Positions 48,742 through 62,700 of a DNA stretch of 64,000 nucleotides are shown piece by piece. Within the stretch, counting starts at the first letter, position 1. Each line of letters opens with the position of its first letter. Source of the DNA: Lytechinus pictus (Eukaryota); the NCBI RefSeq assembly GCF_037042905.1, contig NC_087250.1:5210001-5274000 (forward strand), in the 5' to 3' direction. Below the pieces are notes generated by a model. That model saw only the letters and a program-made list of their open reading frames with translations. It was not told the DNA's origin and searched no databases. The translations under genes and the position numbers were made by a program.

Positions 48742-51700
48742 TTAACAATTAAAACCACTGTCGTAAAGAAGGGGACTCTGGCTCTAGTCCCTCAAAAGTT
48801 CCAAAATTGGAGATAGAAATAAAATAAGAAAGAGAAAGATATTGAGAAGGGAAAGGGTTCAATGAGTCATTTCCTTTTTTATATATGCGCTAGCTACCAC
48901 CTGGTACAAGTGCAGTACACAGGGGAAAGGCGTGCACCCCATGAAAGTTGAAGGGGGAGTAAAAAAGGGAACTTATATGTCAAAATGGGCATTTGGTGCA
49001 GACGGATATTTTCACCAGGAGATTATCATCTGCGTGAAGTAGTTGTGAGTTTTGTGGTACTAAAGTTGAGCAAAGCCTTCAGGACTAGTGATTGATTACA
49101 TAATTTTACGTAAGCTTTATTTTTTCCGCGAGCAAATGGTCAGGAAAAATTTAAAACCTGAATATGTGAAATTCGATTCTTGGTCAATTGTGGTGATTAC
49201 TGTCAAAAGAGCATCCTTGCGAGATGTTACAGGCGCGAATCACCATCTCAAACTTTTGGATATTTTATGTATTAAGACAAGAAAATTAAAAATTACTACC
49301 AGTTTTTGTTATGTGTATCAAATTAACTAAAGAATTTACACAAGCGCGAAGCGCGAGCATTTAGTGACTGATGAATAGGATACATCTAACAAATCGGATA
49401 GGGAAGAGTGGGGCTAATCCGCCCCAGGTTCAAGTCCGCCCACCACTTGATTTGACACTTTGCTGTGACTGGATGTAGGTTTTGTTGATGTAATGTTAAC
49501 ATGCCCAAGGTAGCAACATAACTTGGTGCGAGGTCATCTGTTCGGAATTTCAGAAAACTATTAAAGGCGACTCCTCCATTTCGAGGCCATTTGTAAAATG
49601 AAATGTCTTGTATCTTTTGTACAGGCACTCATGAATGCAGTTATATATATATATATGCAGGAGTGATATTTGTTGCTTACTGAAATATGCATTTGATATT
49701 TTAAAATATGTAAGTATCTTGTAAGTTTTGCGAAAAACAAGAGAACAGAAAATGGCTGCATATATCGTTTTGCAAAAAGGGAACTTTCAATTTTGAAACA
49801 AGTTATAGACTAAAGGGCGAGTCCAGGATTGTTTTCTTTTTGGGGGGTATCTTTTTATTCTTGTAATCGAATGTAGAATGGGCCATGAGGTATCAGAATT
49901 ACAATTTTGTCATCGTACTCGCTTACCTACTTACCTGCATGTATCTAAAAATAAAACAAGCGAGCACAACGCAGGAGGAAAGATGTACAATATCTTTATT
50001 GGTACCATACTTTGATTTGATTTGCATTATTTCATTTACAAATTCATAGTAATAACTGGAGAATAATTATAATTCACAATAATACATACATATATACATA
50101 CATGATAAACAAAGAACAATTGGATTAAAATGTCAATTTAAAAAAGTGATCATTGTATAGAAAATTAGCAAAGTATTGAATAACTAAGTGCAGTAAGTCG
50201 GGCAGAAGGTCCCTAGATCCCGAAAATATGAACATGACGAATAGTAGGCCTATAATTTGTTTTTCGTAAAGTAAAATACATAATTAGCCAAACACTGTTT
50301 TCATGACTGCATACATTTACACTTACAATGTTACATATAGGATGTAAATACAAATGACACGCACAAATTGAATTATATTATTGTGCATATTAGTGAAAAA
50401 ATAAATAAAATGAAAAAGCTGATGTAAGAGTAAAAGAAAGAGGGAGAGAGAGAGAGAAAATGATTCTTCAAGTCAGTCACTGTTGAGGTTTATGTATTTG
50501 AAAAACAATGTGCTTTTCAATTTTTGTTTAAAGCTATGCAAGCTTTGGGGAACCTTTGAACTATCATCTAATGAAATCCAGAATGAAATCCTAATTAATG
50601 AAAATATCTTATTTGCAAAAAGATATTGTCATTTCATCGTTAAGTTACACAAAGAAAACAATTTGATAATTTTCTCCTCTTTAATACTTCCTTATCCTTA
50701 TCAATTGTTATTTTCATGAAATAATCTATATATTGGACAATTCATATTTTTATTGATATTTCAGTGTTTTATGTTGATCATTTAGTCCCACAGGGAAAAG
50801 GAGGCACATGCCCCCAATTGCCCCCCCCCTCCGCCTTGTCCCCCCCCCCCAAAAAAAAAAAAAAAATAATAATAATAACTATAGGAAACTATTTTTTTTT
50901 CCAAAATGGAGGCCTTTTTTAAATGAAATATGTCTTTTTCTAACAAACATTTTAGGTTAAAAAATCACTAAATTTTTGGCTCGTGTTTCGCGCTCCATCA
51001 ATTATCACTATTCAGTAAGGTAGTCCTGTCTACGGTTTTCAAAATGTTTAGAATGTCCAGTGTCTAAGTTTCTATTATTTACAATTTTTCTCGCGTTTCG
51101 CGCTAGCATCAAAGGTATTCATGTTTCTGATGGCAAAAAATGTTGAGGTCGCGATTCGCACTTAAATAACTCGAAATAATGCCCTTTTATTTTAAAACTT
51201 ATTAGCACCATGAAGCGGATTTTGCAACTTCAGATTTGATTTTTTTCCAAAGCGCTTGCATGCTATACTCTCTCGCGGAAAAGAGCCTATATATCTCAGA
51301 AATCACTGAGTTCAAAAGACTCTCCTCAACCTATAAATTACTACAAAACATCCAACTACTTCATGCAGAGGGTAGTGTCATGGTAACATGTACATTTGCA
51401 CCAAAATGCAAATCTTGACATACTAAGTACTCTTTTTGTCTTTGCCCCCCCCCCCCTCCAAACGAAAATATGTTCAGAGCCGCCCCTGCTTTTACTTTTA
51501 AAATGTATGTTAATCTAATTTGTAAAATATTCACGCACAAACACTCTGTATGGGTAATGCTTTTTCAACTGGTTAAGTTTTTTTTTTTTTTTTGGGGGGG
51601 GGGGTTGTAGTCCATTTAAAAAAAAACATCTTTCTCATCACAAAACAAGAGATTAAAAAAAAGTGCAGCATATTTTTCATTTAGAGAAAATCATAGGTGA

Positions 51701-52950
51701 TCGATCGTGAACGTGTACATGCAGTGGATCCTATGCGTGCATCCGGTGCGTTGGTGTACAAACAAATGGTACCAAACAACACAGAGGCAGTGCGCGCACA
51801 CACTGGACATATTTTCACTAAGCTAGGGAGCGAGTTACGCTATAGCAGGAGTTTACAGTTTAAGACCTTAATAAACGATCATAATAATAGGGAAAAGAGA
51901 AAGGAATAACACTAAATGGAAGAAATTATTATTTTTTTAACAAAAGCCCTTGCCGTCTCGTACAAAATAAAAAAAAATGAAAAGGGACGTATATGGGAAT
52001 ATGTAGTTGGATCTTGGAGCTGAGGCAGCCTCGTCCCTTTGATGGCGACGCAAAGGATTATGAGGGATAAAAGAGGAAAATAACAAGAAAGGAGAAAGAT
52101 GTTTTTAAAAGATACATAGAAATGGAAATGGAAAGAAAAGTAACCAAAATGAGAGGAAGAGGGAAATGGGCAAATATCACACCTTTCAGGTTAATAAATC
52201 AAAATACTATTCTACTATATTCGGGCCTTTAACTGTAATCACCGTAAGTAATAGATGTTAATATTATGCACACCGCAATATACTCCCATATCCATACCAC
52301 TTGTGATAATTACAAACCACTTGAAAGAGGTTTTGGGGGACACGCCATTCTACGCGCTCGCTTCGCTCGCTACTAGTACTAATACTGTCATTATTTCAGT
52401 TCAAGAAAGATTATGCATGTTTCAATCTATTTTGTAAACCCTCACTTATAATGTAGTTATGTAAATAATTACCCCCTCTATGTCTTCAGCCCAGTTAATC
52501 AAGTGTGGTATTTCCGCCAGTTCCAAGCATATATTCGTTACCCCAAATTGAAACTATAGGCCTATATATTGCACACGGGGCCCCTTTCAGGCATATATTA
52601 CTGAAAATAAGGACCAAGGTATACTTATTACATTACGAAATTAATTATCCATGTATATCTTATTATCCTTGGGGCTTTTGGGGTCGACTGCATGTCTGGT
52701 CCTCATACAGAATAAAGTTGATGGCATTGGTATTTTTTTTTTGAAACCTTAGCTAAGTGCATACAAATTCCATCCAAAAAAGTTATATCTATGCATCACT
52801 TCTGCCGAAGTGGGCCCTGGGCACCCATACAGGGTAAATTTGCTGAAATTGACATTTACATGACCCCCAAAGTATATGCAAGTTCCATCATCCATCATCC
52901 ATGTATGTCTTTAGCCTAAAATACACTTTTTGGGGAGGGGCACTATGGGC

Positions 52951-55044
52951 CAGTGTTGTAGTGCCTTGATGCTCGGCCTTGGCCTTAAGGCGCCTTAAGG
53001 CCTACTTTTTCAAAGCCTTGGCCTTGAATATTCAAGCCTTGGCCTTGAGAGGGCCTTGGCCTTGAGGATTTTGAGCCTTGAAATTTCAAGGCATTTTCAA
53101 GGCATTTTCAAGGCTTTTTCAAGGCATTTTATATTTTGTACTTTCATTTGTTTTTATAAAGTAGTTACAAATGTTTAAATTGTTCTGTATATCTAATGAA
53201 ACTATTGGTCAATAATACCAGTCAGCAGTAGCATTAGCAGCAGCAGTAGTAAGTGTACTTAGCAGTGCCATCAATTTTAATTATCAAGAATTATCATCAC
53301 ATAATCAAGTTACAAAGAAAACAGAAGTGATGAAAAATAACATTATTTATTAGTAATATGTTGCTTAAAAATGATGATAATGGCAAAATCAATAATAATG
53401 ATAATGATGAAGATTATAGTGATTTTATGACAGGAATAATTCTGACAGATCTCACTGCAATTTTGACAACAATTTTCATACTTTAAGAATAGCTACATCT
53501 AACTCTAAAGAATGATAACAAGGTTGATTTCTATTCCATTAGGATTTTCCTTGTATTATCTTTGACCAACAAGAATGTTTTAAGACTTAATGATATTCTG
53601 AAAAGATTTGGTAAACCTAAACACAACAGGCAAGACAGAGGAATGGGAAGAGAGATAGAGAGGAGAAGGGGGAGGCTGGTTTGGCATAATATACTGCTAA
53701 ATCAGTTAATATGTTGATAGGCAGTACATCTCATTTTTTTCTGGGGGGGGGGGGTGTGTAGTGTCTCAGATTGACAAAACAGAGTAAAAAAAAGGTTACT
53801 TATTTTTAATCATATGGTTTGACAGTGAATTTCATTTCACTACAGTTTCAAGGAAACAAAAAAATATTTGTTTTTGTGTCAGTGTGGTTTCATAGAAAAC
53901 TCTATTTTATTGTTTTAAGAAATAATTAAGATTTAACCTCCCCCAACTAATGGTGTGAGGTGTGCCGTGTTTATTTTATATCCTTTTGAATATTTCTTTA
54001 TATTTTTAGTATTCTTTATTCCGGTTTTTGAGGTAAATTAATAGAAGATACAAGAAAAGAGAATTGAAATTTGATATTGGTTGTAAGCAGAAAAAAAAAC
54101 CATGAAAACTGACAAGAGTCCTAAAAATGACGAATTTTCAGGTCAGCATTTGAAAATTTCAACTTGCGCTTTGTGCTCTCTTGCCCCCTCCCCCCTGAAA
54201 AACTCCCTGTAGGAAAAAATTCCCTTTTTTCCAAAATCAAAAATGCCCTTTTTTTACAAATCAAATGTGCCCTTTTTCAAAAAGAAATACCTTTTTTATA
54301 GTAAAACATAATACATTTTAGCTGGCAACATTCCGCAAGCATGCCCTTTTAACAGTGATTAGCGCCATAATTGACCGAAAATCGAGTTTTACTACTTGAG
54401 AATCGATTTTTTTTTCAAAACCGCTCGCTCGCTATGCTTTCTGGCAGAAAAGTAAAGCGTAAATCTAAATATCTGTCTTATCAATTAGAAATCACTTTGA
54501 AAAGGCTTTCATTTTGACTTATAAGTGTATTTTTAGGCTTTGACACCCCCCCCCCCAAAAAAAAAAAACGTTCTGCCTCCCCTGTCCCAAGGAGTGGAGA
54601 AAGACCTACGTTGATAATGGGCATGCCAGGATCATCTGATCCTGGTAATGATAATTATTGCAATGTAAATTGCCTAGAAAAAAAAAATGTATTATGTTCA
54701 AAGGTAACTATTTTATTATTTTAATCATGTCTAAATCTATCATGAAATTATTTTTGTTTTACATGTACAAGGATCAAAATTTTCGCTCGCTCACACCTTT
54801 AATACATTTTGCCCTGTGTGTCATGTCTGCCGCCTAAGCATTGTTGTCTCATTGTTCCATATACATGTATTGAAAGTTTGAAATGCCTTGGCCTTGGCCT
54901 TGGCCTTGGCCTTGAGGTTTTCAAGCCTTGGCCTTGGCCTTGGGTTTGCATGCCTTGGCCTCGGCCTTGGGTATTGAAGCCTTGGCCTTGGGCATTAAAG
55001 CCTTGGCCTTGGCCTTGGAGGTTTAAGCCTTGACTATAACACTG
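52951..55044. mobile_element. hAT-like element with (GGCCTT)n subterminal arrays
   Basis: CTATGGGC|CAGTGTTGTAGT ... ACTATAACACTG|CTTTGGGC (8-bp TSD, one mismatch). Confidence 0.8.
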
Positions 55045-56306
55045 CTTTGGGCTACTGTCTGGGCCCCCGTACAGGATAAAGTTGATGACATGTGTATTTC
55101 TGTGAGCCTTAAAGTATTTACTTATTTTGTATTTGGTATTATTTATACAGGGTAACCCCATCAGTAGTCAAATACTGTTGTACTTGGGGGGCCTGTATAA
55201 CATGAAACAAAACAAAATACAAGCATAATACAATACAAATGAAAAATACACATCCTGAACATAAACAGATGGAAATTTTAAGAATAAATCTAATAACAGA
55301 AAATTGTGTGTGAAATTGAGAACAATTAAACCAGAGCTACAAGTAGAAAGTAATAAGGGAAAGAAAAATAGAAAGTAAGGATGGGTTGAGGTAAAAAAAA
55401 AAGAACACAGCAGAGAGCTAGAGCGGGGGAAGAAGGCACATCACCATTTACACTATAATGCAATATTATAGTCTAAATATATATATAATTCTTGCTTATA
55501 TATTAAAAGCAGATGCAGATTCCATTTAAAAATATAATTGACCATGTATCTTTTTAGCTGAATAACCCCATTTCGGGGGCCCTTCGGGCCTACTGTCTGG
55601 GCCCCCGTACAGGATAAAGTTGCTGGCATGTTTTTTTTTTTAAATCCCATTGTATACTGCCTCTATTGCAAAATGAAGTATCCATGTACATTTGTAGCTG
55701 AATAAATTAGTTGTGGGGCATATGGACACTTCGGGGCTACTGTTTGGGTCCCCGTACAGGGTAAATTTGCTTGCATGGGTTTTTCTTTTTAATTCGCATT
55801 GTATACTGCCTCATTGCAAAATGAATTATCTGTGTACATTTTCAGCTGAATAAATTAGTTGTGGGACATATATGGGCAGTTTGGGGCTACTGTCTGGGCC
55901 CCCGTACAGGATAAAGTTGCTGGCATGGGTATTTTTGGAAATACCAATATATTCTTGGTCCATTGAAAAAAGAATTGGCCATGTACCTTTTCAGCTGAAT
56001 AAACCCATTGCCGGGGGCCCTTTGGGCCTACTCTCTGGGCCCCTGTACAGGATAAAGTAGCCAGCATGGGTATTTTTCAAAATCCCAATTTATACTGCCC
56101 CCATTGCAAAAGGAACTATCCATGTACATTTTTAACTAAATAAATTAGTTGTGGGACATGTACATGATATATGGGCTACTGTCTGTGCCCCTGTACAGGA
56201 TGAAGTTGCTGGCATGGGTATTTTGGGAAATCCCGATGTATATTCGGTCCATTGCAAAAATAATTAGCCATGTACCTTTTCAGCTGAATAAACCCATTTT
56301 CGGGGG

Positions 56307-57822
56307 CAGTGGCGTAACTACGGAGGGCATGGGGGGGGGGGCACGTGCCCCCCCCCCCCCAATCGGCTGGCAAAAATAAAAAATAAACGGGGAAAAGGAG
56401 AAAAAGAGGGAGAAAGGAAGATAAACGTAGTGGGGAAAGGAGAAATTATTGTCCATTATAATGCTATATTATATTATGTTATATTACATAATGTTATGTT
56501 ATATTACACACGAAACATTTTTTCATAACTATATGAAACATCATTTTGCTCATGTCCTATGTCTTCATTTTTTTTCTGGTGCTCGCATAGACTGTTTAAC
56601 GAGATATATAATTCAGTTGTACTAAAACCTCCCGTTTTCAAGTCAATATACACCAAATATATTTCCTCGCAATTCGATTTATTGTTTTTTGTAATGACAT
56701 ACAGCTGTATGCTTCTTCTTCATAACTACTTAAAGTGATTGCCCCCTTTTAAGGTCTTAGTATAAAACATTTCCTGTCCATGCGTACGTTCGCATTAGTG
56801 GATTGGTAAGATGTCTACTCTTCATGAATTCCTAAAATCAGTCCTTATAATGTGCATTTTTTCTGATCTAAATATCAATAATTTTCAGCTCGCGCTTCGC
56901 GCTCGCATCATTTGGTTAGTGAAATACATGCGGTCTTAGTGAATTCTTACAAACAAGCCTTATAATGTCTCTCTTCAGGTCTGATTTTCCTAAATTTTAA
57001 GCTCGCGCTTCACGCTCGCAGTATTTGATAAGTGAGATGCGTATAATCATGATTACAATGACTTCAAAAAGTGCTTCATGTGTTTAGATGTAATTCTAAC
57101 AAAATCAGCTAGCACTCGCATTAGATGACTATGGTGAGATATGTATACTCTTAATGGATTCCTACAAATAGTCTTTAAAGTATCCATGTTTGGGGTCAAT
57201 ATATACACAAATTTCAGCTCGCGCTACGCGCTCGCATCATTTGGTTAGCGAAATACGTATGGTCTTCATTAATTCCGACAAACAGGCCTCAAAACGCTGG
57301 TCTGAATTTCCTAAATTTTCAACTAGCGCTCGCAATAATTGATTAGTGAGATGCGTATGTTAATCATGATTACAATGACTTCATGTATTTAGATGTAATT
57401 CTAACCAAATCAGCAAAGCATGACACTAGCATTATATGACTATGGTGAGATATTTATACTATTAATGGATTCCTAAAATATAGTCCTTAAAATATCCCTG
57501 TTTGGGGTCAATATATACAAAATTTTCAGCTCGCGCTTCGCGCTCGCATTTTTGTTTAGCGAGACAGGTACGTATCATGACGACAAAAAACTTGCTTATA
57601 ATGCCCCTTTTTTGGTCTGAATATCAAAAAATTATCAGCTCGCGCTTTGCACTCGCAGTATTTAACCAGTGAAATACATATCCGTTTAATGGCACTGCAT
57701 GTCCGTAAAATGTCTCTATTATGTCAGTTTACCTGGCAACAGAGCGCGCTTCGCGCGTTTACTAAGTGACTCGAAGTTTTTGCTGGTGCCCCCCCAATGC
57801 CGTGACCCACGGTACGCCACTG
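56307..57822. mobile_element. hAT-like element (perfect 8-bp TSD) in the right arm of the 21-kb element
   Basis: TTCGGGGG|CAGTGGCGTAAC ... GGTACGCCACTG|TTCGGGGG. Confidence 0.85.
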
Positions 57823-58699
57823 TTCGGGGGGCCCTTCGGGCCTACTGTCTGGGCCCCCGTACAGGATAGAGTTGCTGGCATTGGTGTTTTTGAAAATCTC
57901 AATGTATACTCGGTCCATTGCAAAAAGAATTAGCCATGTACCTTTTCAGCTGAATAAACCAATTTGTTGGGCCCCTTTTTGGAACCATCAGGGCCTTCCG
58001 TACAGGATATGGCCCGGCAGGAACACCTTTCCTTGATCACTGCCTTAATGCCAACATGACGGGACCATCAAACCTTTTGTACCCGATCAGCTGAATAAAC
58101 TATCCCAGCCCCCGGACTAATAGTGTCGAATCTCCAAAAGATGAAATGAGGTTTAATTTTTCTAACAATAAAATATTAATTTTTTTTTTTGAGTTGATGA
58201 CGTCGTCCGTTCTTTCATTTAAATGCAGACTGGGGAGGGTGGGGGTTTAAGATTTAAGTGTGACTTATATGTGAAAAGGCCCTAAGTTCAAAATTATCCA
58301 TGGACCATTGTTTTTTTATTTCTTAAAACTTTTCTGTCAAGTGCTGCATAGTATGGCGAACGAGTTCGAATTAGTGGTTTGGAACTTTTCCTCACATAGA
58401 TGCAAAGCCTTTGGCACGTTTTTGGTGTTTAAAATAGCACATTTGCTCCAACAGAAGTGCTAGTGTTAGAACAAGCAGGACTGTGAATCATTGTTTTTAA
58501 AATTTATACTGTTTGAGCATGCGAAGTTCTTTTGAAAAATATTTACTCCAGGGTAGGCCCCATAAAAATTGACTGACTTTTTTTCATATATATATATATA
58601 TATATATAAAATATGTTTTTATGGTTTCTTTTCAATTCGGGGGTGCTGGTTACTAATTTGAATGATGCTTCTCATGTAACCTTGAGCCTTTTTCCGCAA

Positions 58700-59725
58700 A
58701 TTCGCAAAATCCAAAATGGCCGCCAAAATATGCAAATTACCTATGAAAATACAAAATTGCCCGCACATTGGTTATAAAATGCATGAAATTTTGTGGCAGG
58801 AGTAAAATACTCTCTGAAAAAAATAACAAAATATTTATTTTCTGGATATTCAAAATAGCCGCCATAGGCCTCTGTATACTCATCATGTACAATATGAATA
58901 GAGAAAATTAATGTTAAAAAACATGAGCACTAAACTACAAGATATCATGATATATGAACAAAGTACTGTATTAAAATCACCATTACTAACGAGATACATT
59001 ATTTATTATGTCATGTATGGGGAAATTATTGCTGTATTTTGATATTTAGATTAGCCGCCACTGGCCCAAACAGTATTATGTACAATGGAAATGGGGGCCA
59101 ACAAATCCACAATAGTGAGCACTAAGATGCATATTATTAAGATAAACGAGTGCAATACTGACTCAAATCACAATTGTTAACGAAATACATTATTTGATAT
59201 GCCATGTATGTGATGAATGCTTTATTTTCAAATTCAAAATGGCCGCCATAAGCCTTATCCTGTATTTATTATTTACAATGCGAATGGAGAAACTAATTTT
59301 CACAAGAGTAAGAAAAATAAAATGCATGTAATTGGGATCTACGAGTAAAAAAATGTCTGAAAACATGTTTCCTAACGGGATATATTATTCATTTTGTCAT
59401 GCATTAGATAAATTGTTGTATTGGAAAATTCAAAATGGCCCATATAGGCCCTAACAGTATTATCTACAATGTAAATGGGGACATATAATTTTGTAAGAAT
59501 TTGTATTTGCTTGACTATGACATCCATATAATCCTCTAGTATGAGAAAAATATTTTTTGACAACATAATTTTTATGAATCATAGAATTTATCCTGCCATG
59601 TAAGTGATAAATACTGTATTTTCACATTCAAAATAGCCACTACAAGCCCTAACTAAATTATGTATGAACGTGCGTATAGGGAAACTGAATTTCACAATAG
59701 TGAGAATCATAAAATGCATGTAAGT
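58700..59725 (+). repeat. Degenerate ~190-bp tandem array with a TTCAAAATGGCCGCC core
   Basis: Core motif variants at ~58712, 58850, 59050, 59233, 59429 and 59627. Probably the subterminal array of another DNA element interrupted by the LINE. Confidence 0.6.
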
Positions 59726-59739
59726 GTTTTACCATATAG

Positions 59740-62700
59740 GTTTACATAGGGTTGAGCGCGTGAGTGTTGCTCCTCAGCTTGTGCCTAACTTCTGACTTTT
59801 TATATGTTTCTGATATGAGTGATTGTCTCTACTGTGCACCAAGTGGAAGGAACAGTATCAAGGAAGTTACAGGACAATTTTTAGTAGGATCTTCATTTTA
59901 TTAAGTGAGTAGTTGTGTTTTCTATTTCACAACATTGAACTTGCTTAAAAGGCACTGGCCATTTTGAACAGCAACCATATATATAGGCCTACACATTATA
60001 GCCTGAGGCGGTCAAGCTGAACTTGAATCAAAAGCTGTCTATTGTTTCCTAACAATAGAACCCGAAAATGACCATGGCACTGACCAGCTTAGTGACCGCT
60101 GGTGTCATCCTAATGTTATGTGACACTGTATCGACTACTTCACATACATATGAATATGTAGCAAATGAGCATATACCTAGGCACAATATATGGAAATCTA
60201 ATGGCAAATACTGCGGCAAACACTCATGTTATTACCCTAACTCGGTTGCCACATTCCAAACACTTCTTCTACAAGCAGGAGATATAAGCCCTAACCCAGG
60301 TCCTAATGATAATGATAGACAACTTGAATATTACCAATCACAAACCGGACCAATCTCACAACCCGATTCTGACTGTAAATATATATATTCTCGAGAGGAG
60401 CTATATAATCTAAACCCTCTTCATCGTGCCTCGGGCTGTAAGCTAAGGCTTTTGCGGCCAATTTGGGAAACCATTAATAGTCTCGGTATTGGCAACACAA
60501 ATAAAACTAGACGAGGAAAAATGGGAAGGGCTGTCAGACCATTGCCTGTACATGTATCTACAAACTCTCCTGATGATTCTAACATTGTTGGACGCCCTCT
60601 AGGATCTGCAGAGTTTGCCAATTACAACTCCAATATGTGCCTGAAATGTCGGAAATCAATCCACCTAAATCAGAAGAGTATCACCTGTGTGGGCTGCAAA
60701 TCTCCTTGGCACCTGAAGTGCACCAATGTACCACTGTCAAGGTATGACGACGGATCCACTTATTCTGGGAATTGGGAATGCTTCAGATGTGACCAACAAA
60801 CTGATGAAGACCAGCAATACAACCAGGATAGATGTCAACGTGAATATCCAATTAACATTTCTACTAAAGGACTCAAGATTGCTCACATTAATATTCATAG
60901 TCTCCTAGCTAAACATGACCATCTTAAAGAGAAATTAGCTAACCGGCCATTTGATGTCTTTACTGTATCAGAAACTTTGTTAGACGGTAGTGTAGTTGAA
61001 GCGGAGATACATTTGAATGGATTTACTATTGAGAGAGCTGATAGAAACCGTCATGGTGGTGGGGTAGCTGTGTATGTTTCAAATGAACTGGTCTATACTC
61101 GCAGATTAGATTTAGAAATTGAAGGTCTTGAGTCGTTGTGGGTAGAAGTTATATTGACAAACTCAACTCATATTCTTATAGGGACGTTCTACCGACCCCC
61201 CGAGTTCAAGGGTCGAGTATCAAATGTTAATTGGTCAATCAATCACCAGAGCAACAAGTGAACAAAAAGAGTTATACATTCTTGGTGATTTTAATTGGGA
61301 CATGTACTGTAGAGACTCTAAGTTTGTCAAACAGCTATGCAATCAGAATTACCTGAAGCAAATGATTAATTTCCCAACTAGGATTACAGAAACTAGCACA
61401 AGTCTGATTGATCTGATCTTGACAAATACCCCCAAAAATGTATGTGAAAGTAAAGTACTCTCTGAAGGATTGAGTGACCATAGTCTGGTTTATGTAGTTC
61501 GGAAGATGTTCAAACCTAAAATACCACCAAAAATAGTACAGTTCAGATCTTACAAGAAGTTTAAAGAAGCTGATTTTATTAATGATCTTAGAAGTGCTGA
61601 CTTGAACTACTACCTGGGCAACCCAAATTTCCATGTAGCTTGGAATTCATGGAAATCTGGCTTCCTTAAAGTATGCGAAAAGCATGCCCCGTGTATAACT
61701 AGGAGAGTCAGGGGTGAAAAGACTCCATGGGTTACAGAAGAATTCATTGACCTGTCAAGAAATCGAGACAGACTCAAACTGAAGGCAGAACAAAGTAGGT
61801 CATCTGCAGATTGGAAACAGTATCGTTCAGTTAGAAATCACGTCAACAACCTGCGCCAAACACTAAAGAAAGGCTATTATAGTAGTATCTTAGAAAACAG
61901 AAACAACTCTGCCAAACTATGGAAAGTATTGAAAACCTTGACAACATGTGATACTAAATTTGCCACAGACCAGCTCATTGTAAATGGAGATCAAGTGTCT
62001 GACACCCTTGACATGGCCAATGAATTCAACACATACTTTGTATCTGTAGGAGCCAGATTGTCTTTAAAATTTACCACAGGGGTAGAATGTAGTATTGACG
62101 AGTTACTTACCAGTATAACTAAGCCTACCCCTGGTACTAAATTTGTCTTTGAACAGGTTGGGGAACAAAATGTATCAAAAATCATGAAGAAACTGCAAAC
62201 ATCCAAAGCAAAGGGATTGGATGGTCTTGATACTGTGCTTCTAAAAGCAGCCTCTCCATTGATTTGTACTCACATCACTTCACTCTTTAATCGCTCACTA
62301 GATTCTGGATTTATCCCCGATGAATGGAGACATGCTAAAGTTACTCCCATTCACAAGGGGGGTGAGAAACATGACCCTAATAACTATAGACCTATATCTG
62401 TCATCCCTGTGGTTATGAAAATATTCGAAAGACTAGTCCATACCCAGGTTCAAGACTACTTTTTGGAACATAGTTTATTTGCTAGTGAACAGTCTGGATT
62501 TCGGAAGAACCACTCAACAAGCACGGTTCTTACCTATTTGAGTGATCAACTGTACAAGCAAATGGATCAGGGTCGACTAACGGGAGTTGTGTTTTTAGAC
62601 CTCAAGAAGGCATTTGACTCAGTCGACCATGATCTATTGCTTCACAAACTTACCATGTATGGAATTCTTGGAACGGAGTATAATTGGTTTGAAAACTACC

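Larger units (their letters stand above)
36771..58119. mobile_element. 21.3-kb Academ-like DNA transposon with long inverted arms and heavily nested interior
   Basis: ATA|TAGTCCGGGGGCTGGGA ... TCCCAGCCCCCGGACTA|ATA. About 200 bp of unique TIR is followed by inverted ~140-160-bp tandem arrays (36990-38060 versus 55045-56306 and 57823-57960). Confidence 0.85.

Noticed and set aside
54799..55161. QGQG-repeat ORF resembling a low-complexity protein
   Set aside because: Derived from the (GGCCTT)n array of a hAT-like element.
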